Shown here: piece by piece, positions 21,462 to 30,743 of the stretch
Layout: every line of letters starts with the position of its first letter
Numbering within the stretch: position 1 is the first letter of the stretch
Origin: an uncultured bacterium
GTDB taxonomy: Bacteria > Abyssobacteria > SURF-5
DNA length: 64,000 nt
Reading direction: 5' to 3'
NCBI GenBank assembly: GCA_964607485.1
Contig: CAZSKP010000001.1
Coordinates: 153,941-217,940, forward strand
Notes under the pieces: model-generated
What the model saw: only the letters and a program-made list of their open reading frames with translations
Database searches by the model: none
What the model was told of the DNA's origin: nothing
Program-made: the position numbers and the translations under genes

Positions 21462-23054
21462 ATGGTGCGAAACGGACGGAAGGATGCGATTTTGTTGCTG
21501 AGTCGAAGAGCATTAGCAGTGCTCATGGCGCTGTGTTTGGTCGTCGGGCTTTCTTCCCCCGCGCCGGCCGAATCCCTTGCGCAGGCTCACCTGGCGGAAC
21601 AAAGGGTCCCGTTGCCCGAAGCCGCCCGGTATTTCGGGGTGGAAACCTCCTGGAAACCCGCCGAACGAAGGCTGTCGTTCACTCACGAGGGTCACCGCGC
21701 GGAAATTCTCATCGGCAGTGACCGCTTGATGGTCGATGACTATCTGATGGTTCTTGCTTCTCCCGTCGTTGCCACCGGTGGGAGCATAGGCATTTCACTG
21801 GCGGATTCGGCGGAGTTGTTCTCCCGGCTGCTCGGACGACAGGTGACGGAGAAGGAAATCTCTTCGGCCGGGCTCATCCCCCGTCAGCGCTCCGAGGCGA
21901 GCGAAGCGAACCTGATCAAGAATGTGCGCTATATATCCTATCCCCGCTTCACGCGTCTCATCATCAGTGTGGTCGGCGATCGGAGTGTCGAAGACATTGA
22001 TGTGAAGTGCCTGAAGGGCGCAAAGATGTTCACGGTCGAGCTTCCGCGGTCCCGCTTCATGCAATCGGCGGAACCGATAAAAGTCGGCGACAGGATAGTG
22101 GAACAGGTCGAGCCCGTCCAAACGAACACCGACGCCAAACTCATCGTGAGAACCATCCCGGATGAGATCGATTACGAAGTTCAGAGATATGATGATCCCC
22201 CGAGGCTGGTGGTCGATATAAAGACCATCGAGCCCGCCATAGTGGCCGATTTTTCCGACACCCCCACCTTGTCCCCCCAACCCGAAGAGTGGACAGAGCA
22301 GCCGGCGATGCACAAGCCTCAGCAACTTCCCTTCACGACGATCGTGATTGACCCCGGACACGGAGGCAAAGACCAGGGAGCACGCGGCCGCGGCGGGTTG
22401 CTGGAGAAGGACGTCACCCTCGATATCGCCCTCAAGCTCAAGGAACTCATCGAAAGCGACCCCGGCATGAAGGTTGTCCTTACGCGCTCGGGCGACTATT
22501 TCGTCTCGCTCAAGGAACGCACGGCGATCGCGAACCATGCCAAGGGCGGCGCGCCCGCCGACCTGTTCATAAGCGTCCACACGAATTCGCACAAGAGTCC
22601 AAAGGTGGCGGGATTTGAAGCGTACTACATTTCGGATGCGATAGACCCGGGCTCGGAGGCCACGGCGGCGATGGAAAACGCAGTGGTTGACCTCGAATGG
22701 GATACGGGCGGCCCGGCTGAATCCGCCCTTACTCCAATACTATGGGATTTGCAGTTTACGGAGTTTATCTCCGAGAGCAGCGAGCTCGCTTTCATAGCGA
22801 AGGAAGAGTTGGCCGAACGACTCAACACACGAAACCGTGGGGTCAGGCAGGCGCAATTCATCGTGCTGGCAGGCGTGGCCATGCCCTCTATCCTCGTCGA
22901 AGTCGGGTTCATTTCGAACCGCATCGAGGAGGCAAAATTGAAGACGGCCGATTACAAGGACAAGTGCGCCGAAGCGCTCGCAGCGTCCGTGGCGACCTTC
23001 AAAGAACGCTATGAAACGAGGCTCGGGCTTCTGAACAGGAAATCAAATCCTTGA
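21462..23054 (+). CDS. N-acetylmuramoyl-L-alanine amidase (Amidase_3) with AMIN-like domain
   Basis: Signal peptide; PPRLVVDI (AMIN); VIDPGHGG, EK, LTR, FISVHTN, MPSILVEVGFISN; start uncertain. Confidence 0.93.
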   Translation: MVRNGRKDAILLLSRRALAVLMALCLVVGLSSPAPAESLAQAHLAEQRVPLPEAARYFGVETSWKPAERRLSFTHEGHRAEILIGSDRLMVDDYLMVLASPVVATGGSIGISLADSAELFSRLLGRQVTEKEISSAGLIPRQRSEASEANLIKNVRYISYPRFTRLIISVVGDRSVEDIDVKCLKGAKMFTVELPRSRFMQSAEPIKVGDRIVEQVEPVQTNTDAKLIVRTIPDEIDYEVQRYDDPPRLVVDIKTIEPAIVADFSDTPTLSPQPEEWTEQPAMHKPQQLPFTTIVIDPGHGGKDQGARGRGGLLEKDVTLDIALKLKELIESDPGMKVVLTRSGDYFVSLKERTAIANHAKGGAPADLFISVHTNSHKSPKVAGFEAYYISDAIDPGSEATAAMENAVVDLEWDTGGPAESALTPILWDLQFTEFISESSELAFIAKEELAERLNTRNRGVRQAQFIVLAGVAMPSILVEVGFISNRIEEAKLKTADYKDKCAEALAASVATFKERYETRLGLLNRKSNP

Positions 23055-23656
23055 CGAAGGAGCGCTCTCTGAAAATAGCGCTCGCGGTTCTGTGGGCGCT
23101 CGTTGTGCTTTTGCTGCTGGGATTCGGGTTGAAACTGCTGAAAGATTTCGTCCTCGCTCCGGAACAGACAACCTCTTTTCCATCGAGTCGGACTCCCCCT
23201 CGGACCGAAAAGCGTGTGATTAAGCTGTATTTTGCCGACGAAGACGCCGACGCGCTGGTTTCGGAGAAACGTTCGGTCAAGTTGGGAGCCGGAGCTTCGG
23301 CGGACGCGACGACCATAGTATCGGAGCTCATGAGGGGCCCGCAATCGGCAGGACTATTCCCGACCATACCCGCCGACACCAAGCTGCTCGATGCGTACAA
23401 GCTTGGCGACACGCTCGTTCTCGATTTCACACGCGAGCTGCAGAGCAATCACCCCGGGGGGTCCACCGGCGAGTTGCTGACCGTGTACTCTATTGTGAAC
23501 ACCATGACGGAAAACATGTACGGCATCAAAAGGGTGCAAATATTGCTGGAGGGAGAGGAAATAGAGACCCTGACGGGACACATGGACCTCACAAGGCCCC
23601 TTCCTCCCGATACGAAGTGGATGACGGCTCAGCCGCCCATCGAGCCGGGGGCCTGA
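23051..23656 (+). CDS. Membrane-anchored GerMN-domain protein
   Basis: N-terminal TM; KLYF, ELMRGP, ELLTVYSIVNTM, VQILLEG, TLTGHMDL. Confidence 0.88.
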   Translation: MTKERSLKIALAVLWALVVLLLLGFGLKLLKDFVLAPEQTTSFPSSRTPPRTEKRVIKLYFADEDADALVSEKRSVKLGAGASADATTIVSELMRGPQSAGLFPTIPADTKLLDAYKLGDTLVLDFTRELQSNHPGGSTGELLTVYSIVNTMTENMYGIKRVQILLEGEEIETLTGHMDLTRPLPPDTKWMTAQPPIEPGA

Positions 23657-23828
23657 ACGTGCCATCGGGCCTGGGGTAGGCAGGGCCGGCGCGTCACCAC
23701 CCATGTGAGTTAGCGTTGAAGGATCGCCTCACCAGCTTCCAGAGCCTCAAACCGGCCGCCTCAGAGACTTCCGGTCGATTCGGCGAAGAGAGTCGCCTCC
23801 CGAAAGCAATCATGTTATCCTGGGAATT

Positions 23829-24959
23829 GTGAATGAGATGAACCTCGACAAGAAAACCAGGGTGGCGCTGCTTGTACTGGCGCTCATCGTGTTTCTCGGA
23901 GGCACTTACTTCCTGGCCTCTCTGATTTTTCGACAGGGGACCAATGCCTCAATCTTGGCCCGGCAGGTTGATTCGATATTCTCGCACACTCTGTCGGCGG
24001 CAGGCGCGAAAACGTCGGAGATGCGGAAGAATTACGTCCATAAGCGCAGCGGCAAGCTCGACTGGGAACAAATCGAAGTCGTCGTGACCCTGGATCAATC
24101 TCAGTCATTGTATTCTTTGAGCAGAAAGCTGCGCGACAGTCTGGACATCCCAGCGCTCGCGGTCACGGAGAGAGGAATATATCAAAACCCCCCGTTCAGC
24201 GAGCTTCAACTGTCGGTTTATTTCGACGAAGTGCCCATTTACCAAATGCTCCTGAGGCAAAAGCGCGTCGCGTCGATCCCCAAGCAGAAGGTCGAAGAGA
24301 AGCGTCCCAGAATCGCTCTGGTGGTGGACGACGTGGGCTATGACATAAAGCGCGCGCTCGAGCTGCTGAATATGCGCCGTCCGATGACCATATCCATCTT
24401 TCCGCAGCTGAAATATTCGAGGCACATCGCCGAAGTCGCGCACGATATGGGATACGAGGTCATGATGCACTTGCCCATGGAGCCCGGCGAGAGACTGAGG
24501 CGCAATCCCGGCTTCATCACGCTCAATATGAAGGAAGATTCGCTCTACTGGGTGCTCGACAGGGATTTCGAATCCATCCCTTATGTTGTCGGAGTCAACA
24601 ATCATCAGGGCTCCAGAATGACCGCCGACGCGGGAGCCATGGCCCGTGTCATGCGCTATCTGGCGAAGAAAGACGTGTTCTTCATCGACAGCCGCACAAC
24701 GAGCGACTCGGTCGCCTATCAGGTCGCCAAGACCTTCGGCCTTCGGGCTGCCGAGAACGACGCGTTCCTCGACAATGAGAAGGATGTCGAATACATCAAG
24801 GGGCGAATCGAGGTGTTGATGCAGGAGGCGGAGGAAAAGGGCTCGGCGATAGGCATCTGCCACGTGCGTCCGGCCACCATGCAGGCTCTCCGGGAGATGT
24901 TCCCCGTTATAGATAAGAGAGGAATCGAGATTGTTTACGCCTCCGAATTGGTCCACTGA
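23829..24959 (+). CDS. Divergent polysaccharide deacetylase family protein (YibQ-like)
   Basis: IALVVDDVG, HLPMEP, GVNNHQGS, FIDSRT, FLDN, IGICH; N-terminal TM. Confidence 0.92.
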   Translation: MNEMNLDKKTRVALLVLALIVFLGGTYFLASLIFRQGTNASILARQVDSIFSHTLSAAGAKTSEMRKNYVHKRSGKLDWEQIEVVVTLDQSQSLYSLSRKLRDSLDIPALAVTERGIYQNPPFSELQLSVYFDEVPIYQMLLRQKRVASIPKQKVEEKRPRIALVVDDVGYDIKRALELLNMRRPMTISIFPQLKYSRHIAEVAHDMGYEVMMHLPMEPGERLRRNPGFITLNMKEDSLYWVLDRDFESIPYVVGVNNHQGSRMTADAGAMARVMRYLAKKDVFFIDSRTTSDSVAYQVAKTFGLRAAENDAFLDNEKDVEYIKGRIEVLMQEAEEKGSAIGICHVRPATMQALREMFPVIDKRGIEIVYASELVH

Positions 24960-24968
24960 GACGGGACA

Positions 24969-25997
24969 GTGCTGATTCTGGGAATCGAGACATCCTGCGA
25001 CGAAACGGGCGTGGCCGTCGTCGAGGACGGAACCCGCATACTGGCCAACGAGGTGGCCTCCCAAATCCCGCTTCACGCGCGGTTTGGAGGGGTCGTGCCC
25101 GAACTCGCCTCCCGCGCGCACATCAGAGTCATCGCACCCATGCTCCGGTCGGCGCTGGCGAAGGCCGGCTGTTCTCTCGACGAAATTGACGCCATCGCCG
25201 TGACCGTCGGGCCGGGGCTGGTCGGGTCGCTCCTCGTGGGCATCAGTTTCGCCAAATCCCTCGCCTACGTCAAACGCAAGCCGCTCGTGCCCGTCCACCA
25301 TCTCGAAGGTCACATATACGCCAACATCGTCACGGGCTCTTCCCTCCGGTTCCCGTTCGTGGCTCTCATCGCGTCCGGCGGCCACACCGACCTGATCGAA
25401 TGCCGGGAGCCGCTTCACTATCGGATTCTCGGACGCACGCGCGACGACGCGGCCGGAGAGGCGTTCGACAAGGTCGCAAAGATGCTCAGGCTCGACTATC
25501 CCGGCGGCCCGGCGATCGAGCGCGCAGCGGTCGCAGGCGACCCGCAGGCGTTCGGTTTCCCGCGGCCGATGCTCGCGGATTCGGGACTCGACTTCAGCTT
25601 CAGCGGATTGAAGACGGCGGTGCTGTATTGCCTCAACGACCTCGATAAAGCCGGTAAGACCTCCGAGAACATTCCCGACATCGCCGCGAGCTTTCAGGCC
25701 GCCGTCGCCGAAGTGCTGGCCGAGAAGGCTCGCCGCGCGGTGCTCGAGGCCGGCGTGTCGATGCTGGCGCTTGGAGGCGGCGTGATGGCGAACGAGCGCG
25801 TCAAAGAGACGATCAGAAGCCGAGCCGGATGCGAGGTGTTCGCGCCGCCGCCAGAGCTCTGCCTCGATAACGGCGCGATGACCGCCTCCGCGGGATACCG
25901 CAGGCATCTCTCCGGCTGTGTCGCCGACATGACGCTCAACGCTGAACCCAACCTTCGACTCTCCTCCGAGCTATGGAAAGAACTCGAGCGACAATAG
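24969..25997 (+). CDS. tsaD: tRNA threonylcarbamoyladenosine transferase
   Basis: LGIETSCDET, GGVVPELASR, HHLEGH, SGGHT, FSFSGLKT, DNGAM. Confidence 0.97.
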   Translation: MLILGIETSCDETGVAVVEDGTRILANEVASQIPLHARFGGVVPELASRAHIRVIAPMLRSALAKAGCSLDEIDAIAVTVGPGLVGSLLVGISFAKSLAYVKRKPLVPVHHLEGHIYANIVTGSSLRFPFVALIASGGHTDLIECREPLHYRILGRTRDDAAGEAFDKVAKMLRLDYPGGPAIERAAVAGDPQAFGFPRPMLADSGLDFSFSGLKTAVLYCLNDLDKAGKTSENIPDIAASFQAAVAEVLAEKARRAVLEAGVSMLALGGGVMANERVKETIRSRAGCEVFAPPPELCLDNGAMTASAGYRRHLSGCVADMTLNAEPNLRLSSELWKELERQ

Positions 25998-26968
25998 GCT
26001 CAGTGAACATAAGCTCTCCCGTCGTGCTCGGACCCATGTCCGGCATCACAGACATCGCGTTTCGGTTGATTGCCAAGTCCTTTGGTGCCGCACTGGTCTA
26101 TATTCCACTCATAAGCGCGAAGGCGCTCAGCCTCGGAAGCCGCAAGACGCTCGACCTGCTCGTATCCGACCCTGCCGAGCGGCCGGTCGCGGTTCAGATA
26201 TTCGGCGGCGACGTCGAAACGATAGTCGAAGCCGTAAAGGTGCTCAACGCATATCCGGTCGATATGATCGATATCAACATGGGCTGTCCCGTTCCAAAGG
26301 TGGCGGGACACGCGGGCGGCGCGTCGCTCCTGCGCGACCCGAAGCTGGCGGCCGAGATTGTGAGAGCGGCCGTCGGCGCGACCGACATGCCTGTGACCGT
26401 CAAGCTGCGCGCCGGTTGGGACGCAAGCTCGATAAACGCCCCCGAGATTGCTGGTGCCGTCGAGGAGGCTGGCGCCTCGGCGATTGCGCTGCATCCGCGC
26501 ACGAAAGCACAGGGCTTTTCTGGCAGCGCCGACTGGAGCTTGATCACCCGAACGAAACGGACCGTGAGCATTCCTGTAATCGGGAGCGGCGACGTGCGCT
26601 CTCCCGAGGATGCGAAGAAGATGCTCGAGCAGACAGCTTGCGATTTCGTGATGGTCGCGCGGGCGGCCAGGGGTAACCCATGGATTTTCAGCCGGACGCT
26701 TAAGTTGTTGCTGGAAAACAAATTTGTGCCGGAGCCGTCTCCGGGGGAGAGGCTGCACACTCTGGCCAGACACTGCACGCTTTTGGCCGGTTACGAGGGC
26801 GGGCGTCGGGCCGCGCTGAAGATGCGAAAACACGCCGGTTGGTACATAAAAGGGCTGAAAAACGCCGCAATTGCGAGGGAAAAGGTACATCGCGCCCAAA
26901 CGGTGGACGAGATAATCGACATCTGTCGGGGCCTCGAAAAAGAGTGGCATGAGTCTTGCTCCCCATAA
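25973..26968 (+). CDS. dusB: tRNA-dihydrouridine synthase B
   Basis: PMSGITD, DINMGCP, VTVKLRAG, HPRT, GNPWIF, MRKH. Confidence 0.93.
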   Translation: MERTRATIGSVNISSPVVLGPMSGITDIAFRLIAKSFGAALVYIPLISAKALSLGSRKTLDLLVSDPAERPVAVQIFGGDVETIVEAVKVLNAYPVDMIDINMGCPVPKVAGHAGGASLLRDPKLAAEIVRAAVGATDMPVTVKLRAGWDASSINAPEIAGAVEEAGASAIALHPRTKAQGFSGSADWSLITRTKRTVSIPVIGSGDVRSPEDAKKMLEQTACDFVMVARAARGNPWIFSRTLKLLLENKFVPEPSPGERLHTLARHCTLLAGYEGGRRAALKMRKHAGWYIKGLKNAAIAREKVHRAQTVDEIIDICRGLEKEWHESCSP

Positions 26969-27030
26969 ACGCCGGATACTTCTCTGTTTCCAGTGATTGA
27001 GAAACGGCTAAACGGACCGGGGAAGAGCTC

Positions 27031-28098
27031 ATGAATCTGCATGCGTTGCTTCACACCGTGGTCGGCCAATGCGGCTCCGACATTCATTTCAAGGCCGGCA
27101 ACCCGCCGGTCATCCGCTATGACGGGCGGCTGGTGAGGCTCGACTATTCGCCCCTCAGCCGGAAGGACATCGAGGAGGTGTTGCAGCAGATCCTCACCGA
27201 GGAAGAATTCAGGATATTCGAAGAGAAGCGTGAGATGGACGTCTCCTACGCGGTGTCCGACCTGTCGAGGTTTCGCGTGAACATCTGCCGTGAAATGGGA
27301 AGCGTGAGAATCGTGTTCAGGCTGATCCCGTTCGAGATTCCGACGATACGAGAGCTGAAGCTCCCGATCGTGCTCGAGGAAATCTGCAAGACTCCCCGCG
27401 GGCTGGTCCTGGTCACCGGGCCGACCGGCAGTGGAAAATCGACCACGCTCGCGGCTATGATAGCGTACATAAACTCACATCAGCCCAAGCACGTGGTGAC
27501 TATCGAGGACCCCATCGAGTTCGTTCATCCGGATAAGATGGGGATGATCACGCAGCGCCAGCTCGGGACCGACACGAATTCGTTCATCGACGCAATGCGC
27601 ACGGTTGTGCGTCAGGACCCCGATGTGATAATGTTGGGTGAAATGCGAGACGCCGAGACGGTCTTCACCGCCATGCAGGCGGCGGAAACGGGGCACCTCG
27701 TCCTGTCAACGCTCCACACGCCCGACGCGGTCGATACGGTCAACCGAATCACCGACTTCTTCGCTCCGTCTCAGCATCAGCAGGTCAGGAACCAGTTTGC
27801 TTCGAGTCTGAGAGCGGTCATCTCGCAGAGGCTCGTCCCCCGGAAATCCGGCGTGGGCAGAATCGCGGCCGTCGAGGTTCTCGTATGCACTCAGCTCGTC
27901 AGAGAGCGAATAAAGATGCAGGCCGACCCCTATCAGCTCACTGCTCTGATGACGGAAGGTCGGGACACCTACGGCATGCAGACGTTCGACCAGCACTTGT
28001 ATGAGCTGTGGGAGGCCGAGGAAATATCCGAAGAAACAGCGCTGGAGTTCGCATCGAGTCCGAAAGACCTTTCATTGAGACTGCGCGGCCTCATCTAA
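27031..28098 (+). CDS. pilT: Type IV pilus retraction ATPase, PilT/PilU family
   Basis: SDIH, Walker A GPTGSGKST, TIEDPIE, RQDPDVIMLGEMRD, AAETGHLVLSTLHT, GMQTFD. Confidence 0.9.
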   Translation: MNLHALLHTVVGQCGSDIHFKAGNPPVIRYDGRLVRLDYSPLSRKDIEEVLQQILTEEEFRIFEEKREMDVSYAVSDLSRFRVNICREMGSVRIVFRLIPFEIPTIRELKLPIVLEEICKTPRGLVLVTGPTGSGKSTTLAAMIAYINSHQPKHVVTIEDPIEFVHPDKMGMITQRQLGTDTNSFIDAMRTVVRQDPDVIMLGEMRDAETVFTAMQAAETGHLVLSTLHTPDAVDTVNRITDFFAPSQHQQVRNQFASSLRAVISQRLVPRKSGVGRIAAVEVLVCTQLVRERIKMQADPYQLTALMTEGRDTYGMQTFDQHLYELWEAEEISEETALEFASSPKDLSLRLRGLI

Positions 28099-28138
28099 CG
28101 TCGCCCGCAAATTGTTTTCGGGAGTCATGCGGAGGGTA

Positions 28139-29242
28139 ATGGACGAAGTCCGCGATTGGCTGGAGTTGAGCCTCGTTCCCGGTGTCGGCCCGAAAACTTT
28201 CTTTAAGCTGCTCAACCATTTCGGAACTGCAAGAAGAGTCCTGGAAGCTTCCCGCCCGGCGCTGAAGGAAGTGCCCGAGGTAAGCGCCGCCGTAATCGAA
28301 GCGGTCATTCTCGGCTGCAAATCCGACCTCGACAAGTCACTCAAACTCATCGAAAGACACGACGTCTCCGTCGTCACATTTAACAATCCCGCCTATCCTG
28401 AACGCCTGAAGAACATTTACGATCCCCCTCCGCTTCTGTACGTCAAGGAAGCCTTCTGCGCCGCCGACGACAACGCGATCAGCATCGTCGGTTCCAGAAG
28501 GGCCACTCATTACGGGAAGATGGCGGCGGGCAGGCTTGCCGGCGACCTCGCTCGCCTGGGCTTTACCGTGGTGAGCGGGCTCGCCCATGGAATCGACGCG
28601 GCGGCCCACAAGGGAGCGCTCGAAGCCGGCGGACGCACGATAGCCGTGCTCGGCTGCGGGGTAGATGTGGTTTATCCGAAGGCCAACGCGAAGCTCTACG
28701 AGCAGATTGTCCCATCAGGCGCACTCGTTTCCGAATTTCCAATGGGCTGCCAGCCCGACCCGGGATTCTTTCCCCTGCGCAATCGAATCATAAGCGGGCT
28801 CTCGCTGGGTACGCTCGTCGTCGAGGCGCCTCGCAAGAGCGGCGCCCTGATAACCGCCAGACACGCGCTCGAGCAGGGCCGCGAGGTCTTCGCCGTGCCG
28901 GGCAACATCTATTCGCCGTACAGCGCGGGCTGTCACAGGCTGATAAAAGACGGGGCCAAGCTTGTGGAGAGCGTTTATGATATTATAGGCGAGGTCGAGC
29001 ACAACCTTGTGGGTATCGAATCCGCCGAGCCTGCGGAAGAGCCGCCCAAACAGCTCGAAGCGCCAATGTCAGCCGACGAGAAAAGGGTTTTCAATTTCCT
29101 CTCCATGACGCCGGAACACATCGACGACATAGGGGAAGAATGCGGCCTCACCGCTTCGCAGACCGCAAGCGCGCTGATGACGCTCGAGATAAAGGGGCTG
29201 GTGCAACAGCTTTCGGGCAAACGTTTCATCCGTCACGCTTGA
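28139..29242 (+). CDS. dprA: DNA-processing protein DprA
   Basis: IVGSR, VVSGLAHGID, SEFP, FPLRNRIISGLS, SGALIT, C-terminal winged helix; ATG 28139 after GGAGG. Confidence 0.96.
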   Translation: MDEVRDWLELSLVPGVGPKTFFKLLNHFGTARRVLEASRPALKEVPEVSAAVIEAVILGCKSDLDKSLKLIERHDVSVVTFNNPAYPERLKNIYDPPPLLYVKEAFCAADDNAISIVGSRRATHYGKMAAGRLAGDLARLGFTVVSGLAHGIDAAAHKGALEAGGRTIAVLGCGVDVVYPKANAKLYEQIVPSGALVSEFPMGCQPDPGFFPLRNRIISGLSLGTLVVEAPRKSGALITARHALEQGREVFAVPGNIYSPYSAGCHRLIKDGAKLVESVYDIIGEVEHNLVGIESAEPAEEPPKQLEAPMSADEKRVFNFLSMTPEHIDDIGEECGLTASQTASALMTLEIKGLVQQLSGKRFIRHA

Positions 29243-29260
29243 CAACAACCTCCGCTCCCT

Positions 29261-30322
29261 ATGAACCGAGAACTCTACATGCGGGTCGTCTCAGGCGACG
29301 CAAAGGGAGTCGGCCCGTCGCTGGCCCGCGCTTCGCTTTCCGCCCTCTCCGCTATCTATTTGCTCGGATACACAGCGAAGCGGGCGGCGTACGACATCGG
29401 GCTCATGCGCCGGAGCAGCGTTGACGCGAGGGTGGTGAGCATCGGCAACATCACCGCCGGCGGCACGGGCAAAACGCCGGCGGCGATCTATTTCGGCCGG
29501 AAGTTCTTTGAGGAAGGGCAAAACATCGTCGTGCTCAGCCGCGGCTATGGCCGCACGACCCCGATGGACGAGCCGCTTGCGGTATCCGACCGCGCGCAGA
29601 TACTGCTCTCGCCCAAAGAGTCGGGGGACGAGCCCTATCTCATCGCGAAGAAGCTCTCCGGAGTTCCCGTCGTGGTGTGCGGAAAGAGGGTGAGGGGAGC
29701 CGCCTTCGCCATCGAAAAATTCAGCGCCGAGACCATCGTGCTCGACGACGGATTTCAGCACATCGCCATAGGCAGGGAAGAGGACATCGTGATCATCGAT
29801 TGCACGGTTCCCTTCGGCTTCGGACATCTCCTGCCGCGAGGCCTGTTGCGCGAGCCGCTTTCAGCGCTGGGTAGGGCGACCAGCTTCCTTTTGACCCGAG
29901 CCGATGAACGCGAGCACGCCCATATCGTCGAAGGCCTGAGGCGAATCAACCCAACGGCGGAAATACTCGAGAGCCGCCATCGCCCGGTGCGATTGGTCGG
30001 GCTGAAGGAAGGAATCGAGGCCCCGCTCAGCTCCCTCTCGGGCAGACGGGTGCTCGCGCTGTCGAGCATCGGCAACCCGAAGTCGTTCGAGGAAACGCTT
30101 GGGCGGCTGGGAGCCGAGGTGGTGCGTTCCCTCAGGTTTAAGGACCATCATTGGTACGATTCGGCCGACATCGAAAGGATACGGAGAGAGGCGGAGAGAT
30201 GCTCCGCCGAACACATCGTGAGCACGGAGAAGGACGGGGTCAGGCTGGCGCTCACGGCCGGGGCTCTGGAGAACGCGCTTCTGCTGGAGGTAGAGCTTGA
30301 AGTGTTCGGTCACGCCCCCTGA
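29261..30322 (+). CDS. lpxK: Tetraacyldisaccharide 4'-kinase
   Basis: SIGNITAGGTGKTP, LSRGY, GDEP, LDDGFQH, LPRGLLREP, DHH, TEKD. Confidence 0.95.
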   Translation: MNRELYMRVVSGDAKGVGPSLARASLSALSAIYLLGYTAKRAAYDIGLMRRSSVDARVVSIGNITAGGTGKTPAAIYFGRKFFEEGQNIVVLSRGYGRTTPMDEPLAVSDRAQILLSPKESGDEPYLIAKKLSGVPVVVCGKRVRGAAFAIEKFSAETIVLDDGFQHIAIGREEDIVIIDCTVPFGFGHLLPRGLLREPLSALGRATSFLLTRADEREHAHIVEGLRRINPTAEILESRHRPVRLVGLKEGIEAPLSSLSGRRVLALSSIGNPKSFEETLGRLGAEVVRSLRFKDHHWYDSADIERIRREAERCSAEHIVSTEKDGVRLALTAGALENALLLEVELEVFGHAP

Positions 30323-30330
30323 ATACAAAA

Positions 30331-30514
30331 GGCGTGTTGCCCAAATGATTCGGAGTTATTGCGAGGGAGAGTAAGGGACTCGACCGAAGCAATCCTGGGG
30401 GCGTTTCCCCAGGCCATCGGGATTGCTTCGTCGCCCGAGCTTGCAGCTCTTTGCTCCTCGCAATGACAAGGCGGGGGACCATGGTTGGGTGCGGAACCAT
30501 TTGGGTAACAAATC
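30331..30514. mobile_element. MITE-like palindromic element, copy 1 (184 bp)
   Basis: Homologous end to end with 62388-62571; ends GGCGTGTTGCCCAAATGATTC / GAACCATTTGGGTAACAAATC; nested inverted repeats ATTGCGAGG/CCTCGCAAT and CGAAGCAATCC/GGATTGCTTCG. Confidence 0.7.
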
Positions 30515-30570
30515 GAAAAGGCAACGCCCCGCCGCCATTGAGCGACGGGGCCCTGTCGAAACCTATCAGG

Positions 30571-30705
30571 TTACTCGACCACGAATTCCTCGCCGACGAC
30601 GTGCCTCTCTACGGTTATATCCTTCTTGGTTCTGGAGCAACTCATGAGCACGGTGATGAGCGCGAGTCCCACTATGATCAATGCAGCCTTGCGCAGTTTT
30701 GTCAT
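30571..30705 (-). CDS. 44-aa lipoprotein MTKLRKAALIIVGLALITVLMSCSRTKKDITVERHVVGEEFVVE
   Basis: Read manually (below ORF-track cutoff): strong SD GGAGGTG, ATG at 30705, basic n-region, hydrophobic h-region, lipobox LMSC, TAA at 30571-30573. Confidence 0.75.
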   Translation of the reverse strand: MTKLRKAALIIVGLALITVLMSCSRTKKDITVERHVVGEEFVVE

Positions 30706-30743
30706 CGATGTTCACCTCCGAGGCTTCAGTCCGTCGATTCCCG

